From positions 63,636,602 through 63,700,601 of the forward strand of contig NC_057719.1 of NCBI RefSeq assembly GCF_004010195.1: a stretch of 64,000 bases of DNA, given 5' to 3'. The DNA is from Chiloscyllium plagiosum (taxonomy: Eukaryota). Below, piece by piece: positions 1 through 11,417 of the stretch. Each line of letters begins with the position of its first letter. Position 1 is the stretch's first letter. The notes under the pieces are model-generated. The model was given only the letters and a program-made list of their open reading frames with translations. It had not been told where the DNA came from and made no database searches. The position numbers and the translations under genes are program-made.

Positions 1-84
1 TACCACATTCATGGATCACACTTCCCTGATCCTGTGTAATTCTTATTGTCATTTGTGGCTGAAGCTCAGTTCTATGACACTTGA

Positions 85-884
85 GTCTAGATTAGAGTGG
101 TGCTGGAAAAGCACAGCAGGTCAGGCAGCGTCCGAGGTGCATGAAAATCGACGTTTCGGGCAAAAGCTCTTCATCAGGAATAGAGGCAGGGACAGGTCAT
201 GGGGGCGGTACTGAGCTAGAAGGTTGGAGCTGGGTTGAGGTGGGGAAGGGGAAATGAGGAAACTGGTGAAATCCACATTTATGCCATAGGGTTGAAGTGT
301 TCTGAGGTGGAAGATGAGGCGTTCTTCCTCCAGGCGTCGGGTGGTGATGGAGCGGCGGTGGAGTAGGCCTTGGACCTGCATGTACTCGGCAGAATGGGAG
401 GGGGAGTTGAAATGTTGGGCCACAGGGCAGTGGAGTTGATTGGTGTGGGTGTCTCAGAGATGTTCCCTAAAGCATTCTGCTAGGAGGCATCCAGTCTCCC
501 CAATGTAGAGGAGACCGCATCAGGAGCAATAGATACAATAAATGATATTGGTGGATATGCAGGTAAAACTTTGATGGATGTGGAAGACTCCTTCGGGGCC
601 TTGGATGGAGGTGAGGGAGGAGGTGTGGGCGCAGGTTTTGCAATTCCTGCGGTGGCAGGGGAGGGTTCCAGGAAGGGGAAATGGGTTGTTGGGGGGCGTG
701 GACCTGACCAGGTAGTCACAGAGGGAACAGTCTTTGTGGAAAGCAGAAATGGGTGGGGAGGGAAGGGCTTTTGCCCAAAACATCAATTTTCCTGCTCCTT
801 GGATGCTGCCTGACCTGCTGTGCTTTTCCAGCACCACTCTAATCTAGACTGTGGTCCACAGCATCTGCAGTCCTTGTTTTTACC
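85..884 (-). mobile_element. 5'-truncated Penelope-like element (GIY-YIG endonuclease remnant) with inverted pseudo-LTRs
   Basis: Minus-strand peptides CHRRNCKTC, IIYCIYC and HFNSPSHS...GINVDF; inverted repeats ~85-170 and ~764-849; 14-bp TSD tctatgacacttga at 71-84 and 885-898. Confidence 0.9.
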
Positions 885-2202
885 TCTATGACACTTGATG
901 AAACTGTACCACTCCTTAGCAGCCCACAGATTGCTCACACGTGAAGTTTTGTTGGTTGTTTATTTCAGTGGAACTGAATAAAGGGTAACGGACATTTTGG
1001 CCTATCACAGCCAGTGAAAGAGTGTGAGTTCATTGCTACAAATGTGTTTTAACAGTGGAATCAGATATCTTTGGTACTTATTCTTAAGTATTGAACCTTA
1101 CCAGCTAAGAAGGTGAGTTTCTCAGGTTGGCTGTGAGGGTTAGTGAATTGCATTATCCCGAGATTTAAACTGATTTTTATACTTTTACTAATTGAAAAGA
1201 TTTCAGTTACAGGACAATTATATTGACATTTTCTGAACAATGGAATGTACTTGCTGATTCTCATTGCATTTGATAATAGATGAACCTCTCAAATACTTTT
1301 TACTTTAACATATTTGTCTTTTAATATGCCTATTCTTTTGTGTTCTTTACTTTGGATTTCCAAAAGTAAGCTGTAATTTATCTCACAGAAATTTTTGGAT
1401 TCTACAATCCCAAATGATTCCAAGATTTTCAGAGTGCCAAGCCCTCCATTTCATAAATCAAGAGAGACACTCATAAAACGAATAGTTTTGGTATTAAAGT
1501 AATTTGGTAATTGCTTTCTTTTTCAAATGGAAGCCAAAATAGTTTGACAGCTTGTGTATAAGTATCATTAGTGGCTTATTTGATCTTTAAAAGAACATAA
1601 CTTTTACAAAACCTATATTAATTCATCAGAGAATAAAGAAGTCCAAGATGTCCTTTAAAAATCCTATATCCTCTGCATATCCTTCGAAGGATCCACTGTC
1701 CATCACAGACATTATTGGCCTAAACAGCAACTTCACTGTGAGAGGATAATTCACATGCCTCAACGTAATGTTTTAATACATTAACGTACTTCCATACAGT
1801 GGAGTAACAATTATTGCTTCTATATTAAAGTTATTTAAAAATATGGCAGTGCAGTTTAGCGAAACAGATAAGGTTAATACTTAACGAACACTTGAGGAAG
1901 CTTGAAAGTTGCTGAAAAGAGAGACATGTTGATGAAGCTTTATTCCATTGCAAGAGAAAAGAGTGTTGACAGGTTTCCAACCTTTTCTCCTGTGGTTGAA
2001 ATTGTAGTGCCTGTTGGAAATTTGGCATATTTATGTTTGTCTTGATGAGTGAGAGATGAACAGCTTTGGCAACATGTCTTCTTTTTCAGCAATAATTGCT
2101 AACAGGTGAAGACCCTTGGTTCATGCAACCAAGTCAATTACAATATCTTGTGTATTATAATATATATGGACTCCACTCAAGTTACATGAAGGCTTCAATA
2201 AT

Positions 2203-2503
2203 TTTTTTAGATTACTTTACAGTGTGGAAACAGGCCCTTTGGCCCAACAAGTCCACACCGACCCGCCGAAGCGCAAACCACCCATACCCCTACATTTACC
2301 CCTTACCTAACACTACGGACAATTTAACATGGCCAATTCACCTAACCTGCACATCTTTGGACTTTGGGAGGAAACCGGAGCACCCGGAGGAAACCCACGC
2401 AGACACGGGGAGAATGTGCAAACTCCACACAGTCAGTCGCCTGAGGCGGGAATTGAACCCAGGTCTCTGGCGCTGCGAGGCAGCAGTGCTAACCACTGTG
2501 CCA
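2203..2503 (-). mobile_element. HE1-type tRNA-derived shark SINE
   Basis: Reverse strand begins gtggcacagtggttagcactgctgcctc (A box) ... ggttcaattccc (B box) and ends in a CR1-like tail (ggcctgtttccacactgta); possible short TSD caataat. Confidence 0.85.
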
Positions 2504-3485
2504 CAATAATCCATTTTAATCATGATTTTCACTTATAATATCTTGAAACTATTTAATATAACAAATAGTCAAGTACATAGTAAATACGAAGTGAACAATA
2601 CAATTGTGATGTTATTTTTACTACCAAAGAATGCAAGTTTGCATTTCTACATATCTTTGCCTCAAAGAGTGCGAAACAATGGATGTTAATCAGGAAAGGT
2701 GAGTCTTAAAATAGAGATCAGGGCAGGAAATGGGAGGCACAATTGAAGAATGATGTTTGTAATAATATAATGTTAATTTGTTGTTACGGTCAAGGCTAAA
2801 CATGATGTGTAATGATTGAAAATGTATGCTAGGCACATAGAAAGGAGGGCTGCTGGGATACTAGGTTGGTTAGTAGATTGAGGCAGGTGCGTGTAAAGCT
2901 CTGCATTCTGAAAATGAAGGAACTAAACAAGAAAAAGATTTGTCAGATTTCGTAGTCTATCTACTTTGGAATTCATCAATCATTAGGGAGATTTTTAAAC
3001 AAAAGAGGGTGACTGAAACTGGATAAAGAGGGCAAGATTGTCGGAGCAAAATGAAGAGCCAGTATGAGTAAACTGAAGACAACAATGTCTGATATTATAG
3101 GAGTGGAAGGAGAATGCTGGAATGTGGAAATTAAAGTGGAAAATAAAGTCAACTCTGTGATTATTGGAGTAATTGAACTGAGAGCGAGAAAGGAAATGCT
3201 CGTACTCCTGCACATCTCCGTCCAACCATCTCACTAGGTCCAGCCTTTTCCCCACAAGATACTCAATCCTTTGCTTTTAAATAAAACTGCATTAGTGACA
3301 GAGGTGCCTTGCAGAGCTGCTGCCTGTAACTGAGTCTCTGGTCAGCAGACAGAGAGCCAACAACCTCGTCCCAATCTCCAAGCAAATGTCAGCAAGAAAA
3401 ATGATGAGGTTTCATAAGATTCTTGCAATAGCTGAGGCTGAATTTGACTGAGAAATTATGTTGCGAATGATCACTGAAAGTCAGC

Positions 3486-4282
3486 ATAGAGTCAAAGAGA
3501 TGTACAACATGGAAACAGACCCTTCGGTCCAACTTGTCCATGCCAACCAGGTATCCCAACCCAGTCTAGTGCCAGCACCCAGCCCATATCCCTCCAAACC
3601 TTTCCTATTCATATACCCATCCAGTTGCCTTTAAATGTTGCAATTGTACTAGCTTCCACCACTTCATCTGACAGCTCATCCCAATGTGAAAAAGTTACCA
3701 CTTAGGTCTTTTTATAACTTTCCCTTCTCACCCTAAACCTATGTCCTTGAGTTCTGAACTCCCCCGCCCCAGGGAAAAGATTTTGTCTATTTATTCTATC
3801 CATGCCCCTCATAATTTTATAGACCTCTATAAGGTCACCCCTTAGCCTCCGACACTCCAGGGAAAACAACCCAAGCCTGTTCACCTTGGAGTCTTTTCTG
3901 AATCCTTTCAAGTTTCACAGCACCCCTCCAATAGGAAGGAGACCTGAATTGCATGCAATATTCCAAAGGTGGCCTAACCAATGTCATATACAGCTGTAAC
4001 ATGACCTACCACCTCCTGTACTCAATACTGTGAGCAATAAAGAAAGCATACTAAGCACCTTCTTCATTATCCTATCTCTCTGCGACTCTACTTTCAAGGA
4101 GCTAGGAATCTGCACTCTAAGGTCTCTTTGTTCAGCAACACTCCCTAGGACCTTACCATTAACTGTATAAGTCCTGCTCTGATTTGTTTTTTCCAAATGC
4201 AGCACCTCACGTTTATCTAAATTAAACTCCATCTGCCATTCCTCAGCCCATTGGCCCATCTGATCAAGATTCCATTGTACTT
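3486..4282 (-). mobile_element. CR1 (HER1-like) LINE 3' fragment with internal deletions
   Basis: Minus-strand peptides WAEEWQMEFN..K..VLH and LGLFSLECRRLRGDLIEVYKIMRG; 3' UTR matches the copy at 13380-13466. Confidence 0.9.
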
Positions 4283-5524
4283 CCTGCAAGATTGGGAGAT
4301 TACATTTTGCTAGAAGTCCTTTAACTATTTGAAATATATGCAATACATTTTTCTCGAGTATTAATATTATATTATTGTCTATTAAGCATAAATTGTGTTT
4401 GTCTCCATAGCACGTTTGGTGAGAAATCAAGAGTTACATTCATGACATTTGAATAGGATAACATGAAATGTATTGGGAAAAAGGAAGTTTAATTTTCTCG
4501 CTGTTTCGGTGATGACTGTCATCAATAAAACAAGTCTCTTTGATTTAGAAATGTCAGTATATTTTGCACTACATTCAAACATATATTTGTTGGATTCTGC
4601 TTTTGATTTTAGTGAACAACTAATTGCATGTTGCTGATTATATTCCATCACCTGATTTCTAGCAAGGAAAAGATTTGTGTTCCAACACCTAGATTTGTGT
4701 ATTTGGAAATCTGAGCACATTGATGATGAAAAGAGAATGCTGAAAATCCACCACCATTGAGATTCTGCACGTTTTAAAAATATTTGGTTGAAATGGCACT
4801 TTCATCAATTTACTGCAATGATTGCAAAGTGTATGTAATAGATTAATAAAGTAGTGTTGAATTTAGGGGGTTCGTAGTCACAGTTACCTGATATAGGTAG
4901 TTGACAATTTGCAGCAATTTCTGATTTTTTTTCGGTTTGTTAATAAGCAGCAGTTTACATATGATACATTCTTTAATTAGATAAAGTATACAGCCATGAC
5001 AGTTGAGAGTGCTTCATTAATTTGTAGATTAGAGGAGTAAAGGTAGCACATTCCCATGTCTCTGATGTCTTGCAGTGTTTTGGGATTATCTTTGATGGCA
5101 TCTGTCTTTGTTCTTCACTCAACTGATATTGGGGAACTTCTGGTCTTCCCTCATGAATGATGGTGGCTCCTCTCTGTGCTCTTGTTCTTTCCTCCCCGCC
5201 TGTTGCTATTAATGAATTTGTTCTGGGGCTGGCCATCTCTACTTTTTAATCACCTGTCATGATGCCCAGGATGAACATTGTTCCCTTGCCAACCTCTATT
5301 TCAAAGTTAGTTTTTCATTTTTTCTAAGAACAAGCAGTCCTTATTTTTCAATATACTCCATTCATAATGGATTAGGGTAGAATCGAATAAATCATTGATA
5401 TAAGTCATCAGTGATTCTTTTGACCTCTTCTCTGTTTTACAGAGAGATTGGTTTATATTTGCAAATAGTTTCTGATTTGACACAGTAATATGAGGTCTCA
5501 TGCTACACAGTGAATGCTGAATAT

Positions 5525-5625
5525 GAAATCAAAAACAGAAGTTGCTGAAAAAGCTGAACAGGTCTGGCAACATCTATGGAGAGAAATTAGAGTTAATGTT
5601 TCGGTCAAGTGACCCTTCCTCAGAT
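5525..5625 (-). mobile_element. PLE pseudo-LTR fragment
   Basis: aaaacagaagttgctgaaaaagct..caggtctggcaacatct..gttaatgtttcgg..cccttcctcag resembles the PLE termini at 85-176 and 46320-46405. Confidence 0.55.
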
Positions 5626-6274
5626 GGAATGATGGGTTACATAGGTTTAAAAGGGTCACAATTTTCAACAATCTCCTTTTGAGCAGAAAATATCCTTATT
5701 GACTTCTCATAATGAATTATAACTAATCTATTTATTTCTGAGGTATAAGTACAGTTTCCTAATTTCTTGATTATACAATGCAGATAACATATAAAGCTAT
5801 CAGAACTGTTCATACAAAACTTTGAGCAGCTTGCTAAAAGTAGACCCAACATTCTCAACATGGGGTCCAATTGACATTATGCCAGGTCATAACAGGCACA
5901 CAATCGTAGTTTTTGAATTTCTTTTCTTTTTCTCTGTTTTCTGAGGTTTAGAGACCAAAGGGGAGATGGGAGATGGCGTTAAGAGCCTCATTTCTGCATG
6001 GGAATTATTTATCTCAGATTGATGATATGAGTAGGCATGGAAACTAAGAAGTGACCACTTATCATAGTTATCTCCACTGGTTGAAAATAGAATGTAGGCT
6101 TTGAAATGGGCAGGTGCCTTCTTTTGTCTTTTCTTATATTCCTTTATACTCAAGTTGAATTGTTTGATTTCGCCCTCTACTCCCTCATTCTGCAATGAAG
6201 CTATATTATTATCCTTGGAGAACTTTGGCTCGTTTTTAGCTGTTTCTGATATACTCATATCTGGGGAAGTAATA

Positions 6275-6602
6275 GCCTGCTGGTATTATCACTCCAATGT
6301 TAATCCAGAGACCCAGGTCATGTTCTGGGGACCCAGCTTCAAATCCCACCACAGTAGATGGTGGAATTTGAATTCAATGAAAATGTAGAATGAAGAGTCT
6401 AATGATGCCCAGGAACCATTGTCAATTTTTGGAAAAACCCACTTGGTACATTAATGCCCTGTAGAGAAGGAAAATGCCACCCTTACCTAGTCTGGCCTAC
6501 ATGTGACTCCAGGCCCACAGCAATATGGTTGACTCTTAACTGCCTCCTGGGATAGGCAATAAATGCTGACCGAGCATTTATGGCCCTCACCCAATGAATG
6601 GA
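6275..6602 (+). mobile_element. SINE (shark SINE with ggcaataaatgctg tail; possibly SacSINE1-like)
   Basis: ttcaaatcccacc B-box-like motif, body tctggcctacatgtgactccag, tail ggcaataaatgctg...aatgaatg; reverse-complement relatives at 27560-27820 and 62935-63290. Confidence 0.65.
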
Positions 6603-8741
6603 TTTTTTAAAAATCAATTACAGCAGCAGATTATGCATGGACTTGAAAGATTCTTACCTCTCCCTCACTGGTATTAATCTTGTGGAATTTTTGAATATTC
6701 TTCCCTTAGCCTCCAATTGTTTCAACTCAAAATTCATTTTAGTTTTATTTTCTCATCATGATAAGATTGTTTTAACATCAGTTTCACAATAGATTATATG
6801 TCAGTGCCTTAGTATTTAAACTATGTTTTTCTGCCCTTCCAGGCCACACTATTTCGTCAAGAGGATGTATGTGTCTGAGAGACATTCCACAGTGCATTTT
6901 CACCAGGCATTCCATTGCATTAATTGGTTCAGATATAACATTTGCACACTTACATTGATATCCCAAGATCATGCCTCACATTCTTGACTTTATGTGATCA
7001 GAGATTAAGAGTTGGTAGGCTCATTTGATCTCAAGGCTCCGGGTGGTTAGCAAGTCATTCTATTCAGTTCTGTTTTAAAAAAAAGCACTCATAGAATCAT
7101 GGAATAGAATCCCTACAGTACAGATAGATGTCATTCAGCACCAAAACTTCAAAGAGCATCTCACCCAGATTCATGTCTTCAGTTGCCTACACCCGAAGCT
7201 CTGGAATTCCCTCCCTATAACTCCTTGTTTCCATTCCTCCAATCAACCACTTTTTAAAAACTTACTTTTTGACCAAGCTTCTGATTTAATATTTCTTTAT
7301 CTGAATCGTCATATTTTGTTCTATATTGCTCTAGTGAGGTGCCCTGAGACATTTTGCTATGTTAAAGGCTCTTTATAAATTCAAGTTGTTTTGCTGATCA
7401 GTGAGAAATAAATTCGAATATTTCTTAACGGTGAGAAACAAAGTGTTGTGGTGAAGGAAAAGGATACAATACAAGAGGAAAAAATGTGATGTTTCAGCCT
7501 AACATTTTTAAACTCCATCTATTTCAGCAGCTAGCAGAATAGCTTCATAAAGGAGAGCGTTAGCTTCCTATCAAAATTGCTGGTTCTATCACATCTACAT
7601 GGCTTTACAAAGGGGAGTGGGAAATTTCATAATATTCAAGGATCTTTGGGCTCTCATAGGGGAGTGACTGATTCCACAAAATGCAAGGTATCCCTGTCAT
7701 TCCTGAATACATAGGATATGAATATTACAATTTAACATTTGTTTCTTGGAGTATCAACCTCTGATTTTAACAGAATAGTAGAGAAAGTAATAGGGAAAGA
7801 AAATAACAGTATTTATTTTGTATGATAACAATGCAAAGGAGGTTCTTTTTCCTCTTCACCTTATTCACATATATAAAATGCTTTCATTTTTCTTTCTTTG
7901 AAAGTTGCCTGGCATGACGCCACAAAGTTGTGTCAAGAGAAGAGGGAAAGAAGGAACCACAGATTCTTCCAGGATCTTCATTAATACTGTGTTGTGTAAC
8001 TGAATGTCATTGGCACAATTTAAGTGTCACTGGCCTCAATACTAAGTTTTCTGATTACTCTTTCCTGCACACAATTCTCCCAAGAAGGAAAAGTTTGCAA
8101 GATTTTAATGCACAAATTATCATGTTGAGACTCAAACCGAGTTGAGTTGCTGTGATCAGCAGCCGTGAAATAGAAGCTTGCAGCTACATGTTTGGCAATG
8201 GTTACTCCTGGGCCTTTCCTCAAGCTTGCATATTTTCAACAGATTTTGAGAAATGACTTGCATCAGAATGTTTGTGTCACCAAAAAGATTAAATTATCCT
8301 TATAAATATTGTTGAACTTGCGATGTCATCTGGCTCACCTCTCCTCTGTGAGAAATCATTCTGTTAAAATATTAATCCTGACAGGATTTTTTGAAAGCTT
8401 TGCTATTTGTATTTTTTCTCTACATTTTTAATAGTTATTGATTTATTTTTGTGAAAAAAGCAACATTATTTGCAACTACAAATGCATATATTACAAAAAT
8501 GTTCGAATCAAGTTTTAAAGGAAAGTATACAAAATGGTTGATTTCCAAAAGGCCTTGTTAACATTGTTCAAAAAATTTTGTTCTGACAGTTAAAATATCA
8601 TGCAATGCTCACATCATGATAATAAGTTTTGTTTATTCACTTTAGCCCTTCAGTAAACTTCAGTAGTTTCTGAATGGTTTAGTGTATGATCTAATTATTC
8701 AAAATACCCCTGCAGAATATCTTGAAAGTTTTAATCTGTGG

Positions 8742-8796
8742 AAAATTCATGTGGAGCGACATGTGAAAAATTCATGTGGAGCGACATGTGAAAAAT
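8742..8796. repeat. Perfect 25-bp tandem duplication aaaattcatgtggagcgacatgtga x2
   Basis: Units at 8742-8766 and 8767-8791, followed by a partial aaaat. Confidence 0.95.
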
Positions 8797-10589
8797 GTAT
8801 TCATTTCACTTTGAAAGTAAAGGCTTTTTTTTAATCTGGAGCTTTAAACTCAAACTCTTCCATTTGTGTTGTCCCACTCCAGAGATCAAAAAAACCTCCA
8901 AATCTGAGAAATTTTGACAGACGTGGCAGAGAGAATAATTCACTTGACTGGGTGACCTGGAGTTTCAGAGGGAAGCAATTATTTTTGTTTAAAATTCAGC
9001 TGTCATAAATGAAATTTAAATTAGACAACTATGAACACAGAATAATAGTTGAGTGGAATTACTGGCTTTGGTTGCATTACGTCAATGGGGAACTAAAATA
9101 GGTTAACTGACGGCTAACTTTATAGCTGTTATAACTTTGTAGGGAAGTGTAATAGATTGGAAATGTGTATCATTTCAAATTATCCAAGCCTTTTCATTGG
9201 GACTTCCAGGAGGGCTGTTCCAATCTACTGTTAGGTTTACATTTTCAGTGAAACTCCAGACAAAAGAAAAAAATGGATATTGACTACATTTCTCCTGATT
9301 ATTCCCAAAATCTTAGGCAAAAATTCAAGCCAATCCTAAGTTTGTAAACTGTTTAAAACCTTATTGTACAAAACCTTTGAAAGGCCATCTAATGCACTGG
9401 TTTCTCTCAAGAAGAGTAGCTTCTTAATTATCACCTGTACAATTCAGTGTGGTTCTGCAAATGAATGAAGGGCAGGTAATGAGAGGGACATTAATCTGGT
9501 AATGTTTGCAGTCTCATTCTAGACATTTCTGTAAACCTTGTTGCGTGTGAGCTTGTTCTTAGCTTTTTTTCTTTGCTTGACAAACGAATTGAGGCAAGCA
9601 GTGAATTTTTCCCAAATAAGCATTCTCATGTAAGAGCATTTCAGTCAGGAAGCAGCGTTTTTTTTGTTGCAGGGAATTTCTCGATCTTACTAACAAGTTT
9701 TAGAAGATACCCCAAGAGATTTGTTCAAATTATTTTCCAATGAAATCTTGCTTTGGTTTAGCTTCACCTGATAAATGAGATTCGTTTTCATGAATCTTAG
9801 ATACATAGTCTATTTGTAAGTTAGTTGGAAAATATCATTTAATTTCTTGTGAGTTTACCAATAGTCAAGTTTACCCTGAGCATGCTACCTCTCAAATAAT
9901 TTTCTGCATAAGATCATAGTCACATTTTGACTTATACAAGTTCTAGGTAAGTCTGTGGAAGTGACTTTGATATTTGGTACAAAAATAAGTACCTCGTGTG
10001 CGCATAAATTAAAACAAAAATATTGGTAATGTATTATGTTTGTCAAAGCTGCAGTCATTTCAAAATAATGTGCATTTGCAGAGCATTTTGAGATACTTCA
10101 GAGATAAGACATTGTGCAAGTTAAAAACTTTGACTCTTCTCGACTTGAGATCAAAATAGGGTACGGATGAGTACCTTAAACTTCAGCTGTAACATTTGAA
10201 CAGGCTGATGATATTGAGGGCATGTATTAGCTGACTCCTATAAATAGTTTCTGACATAGCAATTAAGACCTTTAGAGCCTGATTCCTTCTTCCAATTTTA
10301 AGGACATACCTCATTAGTTCCTAATTGAAAATCAGTTTACATAATACAGATCCAAAATAGTATTTGTGTACTCCAGCCAGTAAGAGATTAATCCTGTTGT
10401 GGATGGGATCTAGGAAGGAAATCTACGGGGATGGGAGGTGTAGTTGGAGATTGGGGTGGAGGGCATCAACTCATCCTCTTCAATTTATAGCATTCCACCA
10501 AGTTCCACAAGATTTCAGGACTTTCAGGAAACTGGCCTGACACTTCTGATCAGTTGTTCTCTGGAAGCTGCTCAGGGCTGGGTTATAGA

Positions 10590-10997
10590 TCAAATTGACT
10601 TAAAGAAGATTAAACTGGAAAGGGTGAAAGAAAGATTTCCAAGGTTGTTACGAGACTGGAAGTTTTGAGTTATAAGGAGAGAGTGGGTAAGCTGGGATTT
10701 TCTTTCCCTTGACTGCTGAGTGGTGACTTTTATAAAGGTTTGTAAAATCATGAGGGGCATAGATAAGATTATTAGTCAAAGTATTTTCACTAGGATCAGG
10801 GAATCCAAAAATAGAGGACAAAGGCTTAAGGTGAACGGGGAAAGATTTAGAAGGGACCTGAGGGTAAACATTTTCACACCGAGGGTGGAGCATGTATGGA
10901 AGCTGCCAGAGGATATTGTAGAGATGGGTACAATTACCACATTCGGAAGACTTCTGGACCAGTGCATGGATAAAAAGGGTTTAGAGAGAAATGGGCC
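10590..10997 (+). mobile_element. Older CR1 LINE 3' fragment, interrupted by a younger CR1; its tail resumes at ~13467-13552
   Basis: Peptide KVCKIMRGIDKI...RFRRDLRVNIFTPRV; degenerate 3' UTR ending tcattctatga after 13467. Confidence 0.75.
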
Positions 10998-11335
10998 ATG
11001 GAAAAGGATAGACCAGATCTAAAAGTTGAAGTACTAAATTGGAGAAAGGCCAATTTTGACAGTATTAGGCAAGAAATTTTAAAGTTAATTGGGGGCAGAT
11101 GTTCTCCGGAAAAGGGAGAGCTGGAAAATGGGAAGCCTTCAGAAATGAGATAACGAGAATCCAGTGAAAGTATATTCCTGTTAGGGTGAAAGGAAAGGCT
11201 GGTAGGTATAGCGAATGCTGGATGACTAAAGAAATTGAAGATTTGGGTAAGAAAAAGAAGGAAGCATATGTAAGGTATACAAAGTTAAAAATCACACAAC
11301 ACCAGGTTATAGTCCAACAGGTTTAATTGGAAGCA

Positions 11336-11370
11336 CACTAGCTTTCGGAGCAAAGCTCCTTCATCAGGTG
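11336..11370 (-). ncRNA. Minimal type I hammerhead ribozyme motif (antisense copy)
   Basis: Reverse complement reads cac-CTGATGA-a-ggagc-ttt-gctcc-GAAA-gc-TA-gtg. Confidence 0.75.
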
Positions 11371-11382
11371 ATTGTGATGAAT

Positions 11383-11417
11383 CACCTGATGAAGGAGCAT
11401 CGCTCCGAAAGCTAGTG
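11383..11417 (+). ncRNA. Minimal type I hammerhead ribozyme motif
   Basis: cac-CTGATGA-a-ggagc-atc-gctcc-GAAA-gc-TA-gtg: both conserved boxes, 5-bp stem II, 3-bp helix I (cac/gtg), palindromic AGCT helix III. Confidence 0.75.

Noticed and set aside
2096..2538. Overlapping ORFs and tRNA-like sequence
   Set aside because: All derive from the HE1-type SINE; the head is tRNA-derived, not a tRNA gene.
8742..8796. CRISPR-like repeat
   Set aside because: Two adjacent units with no spacers in vertebrate intronic DNA; no prokaryotic features anywhere in the window.
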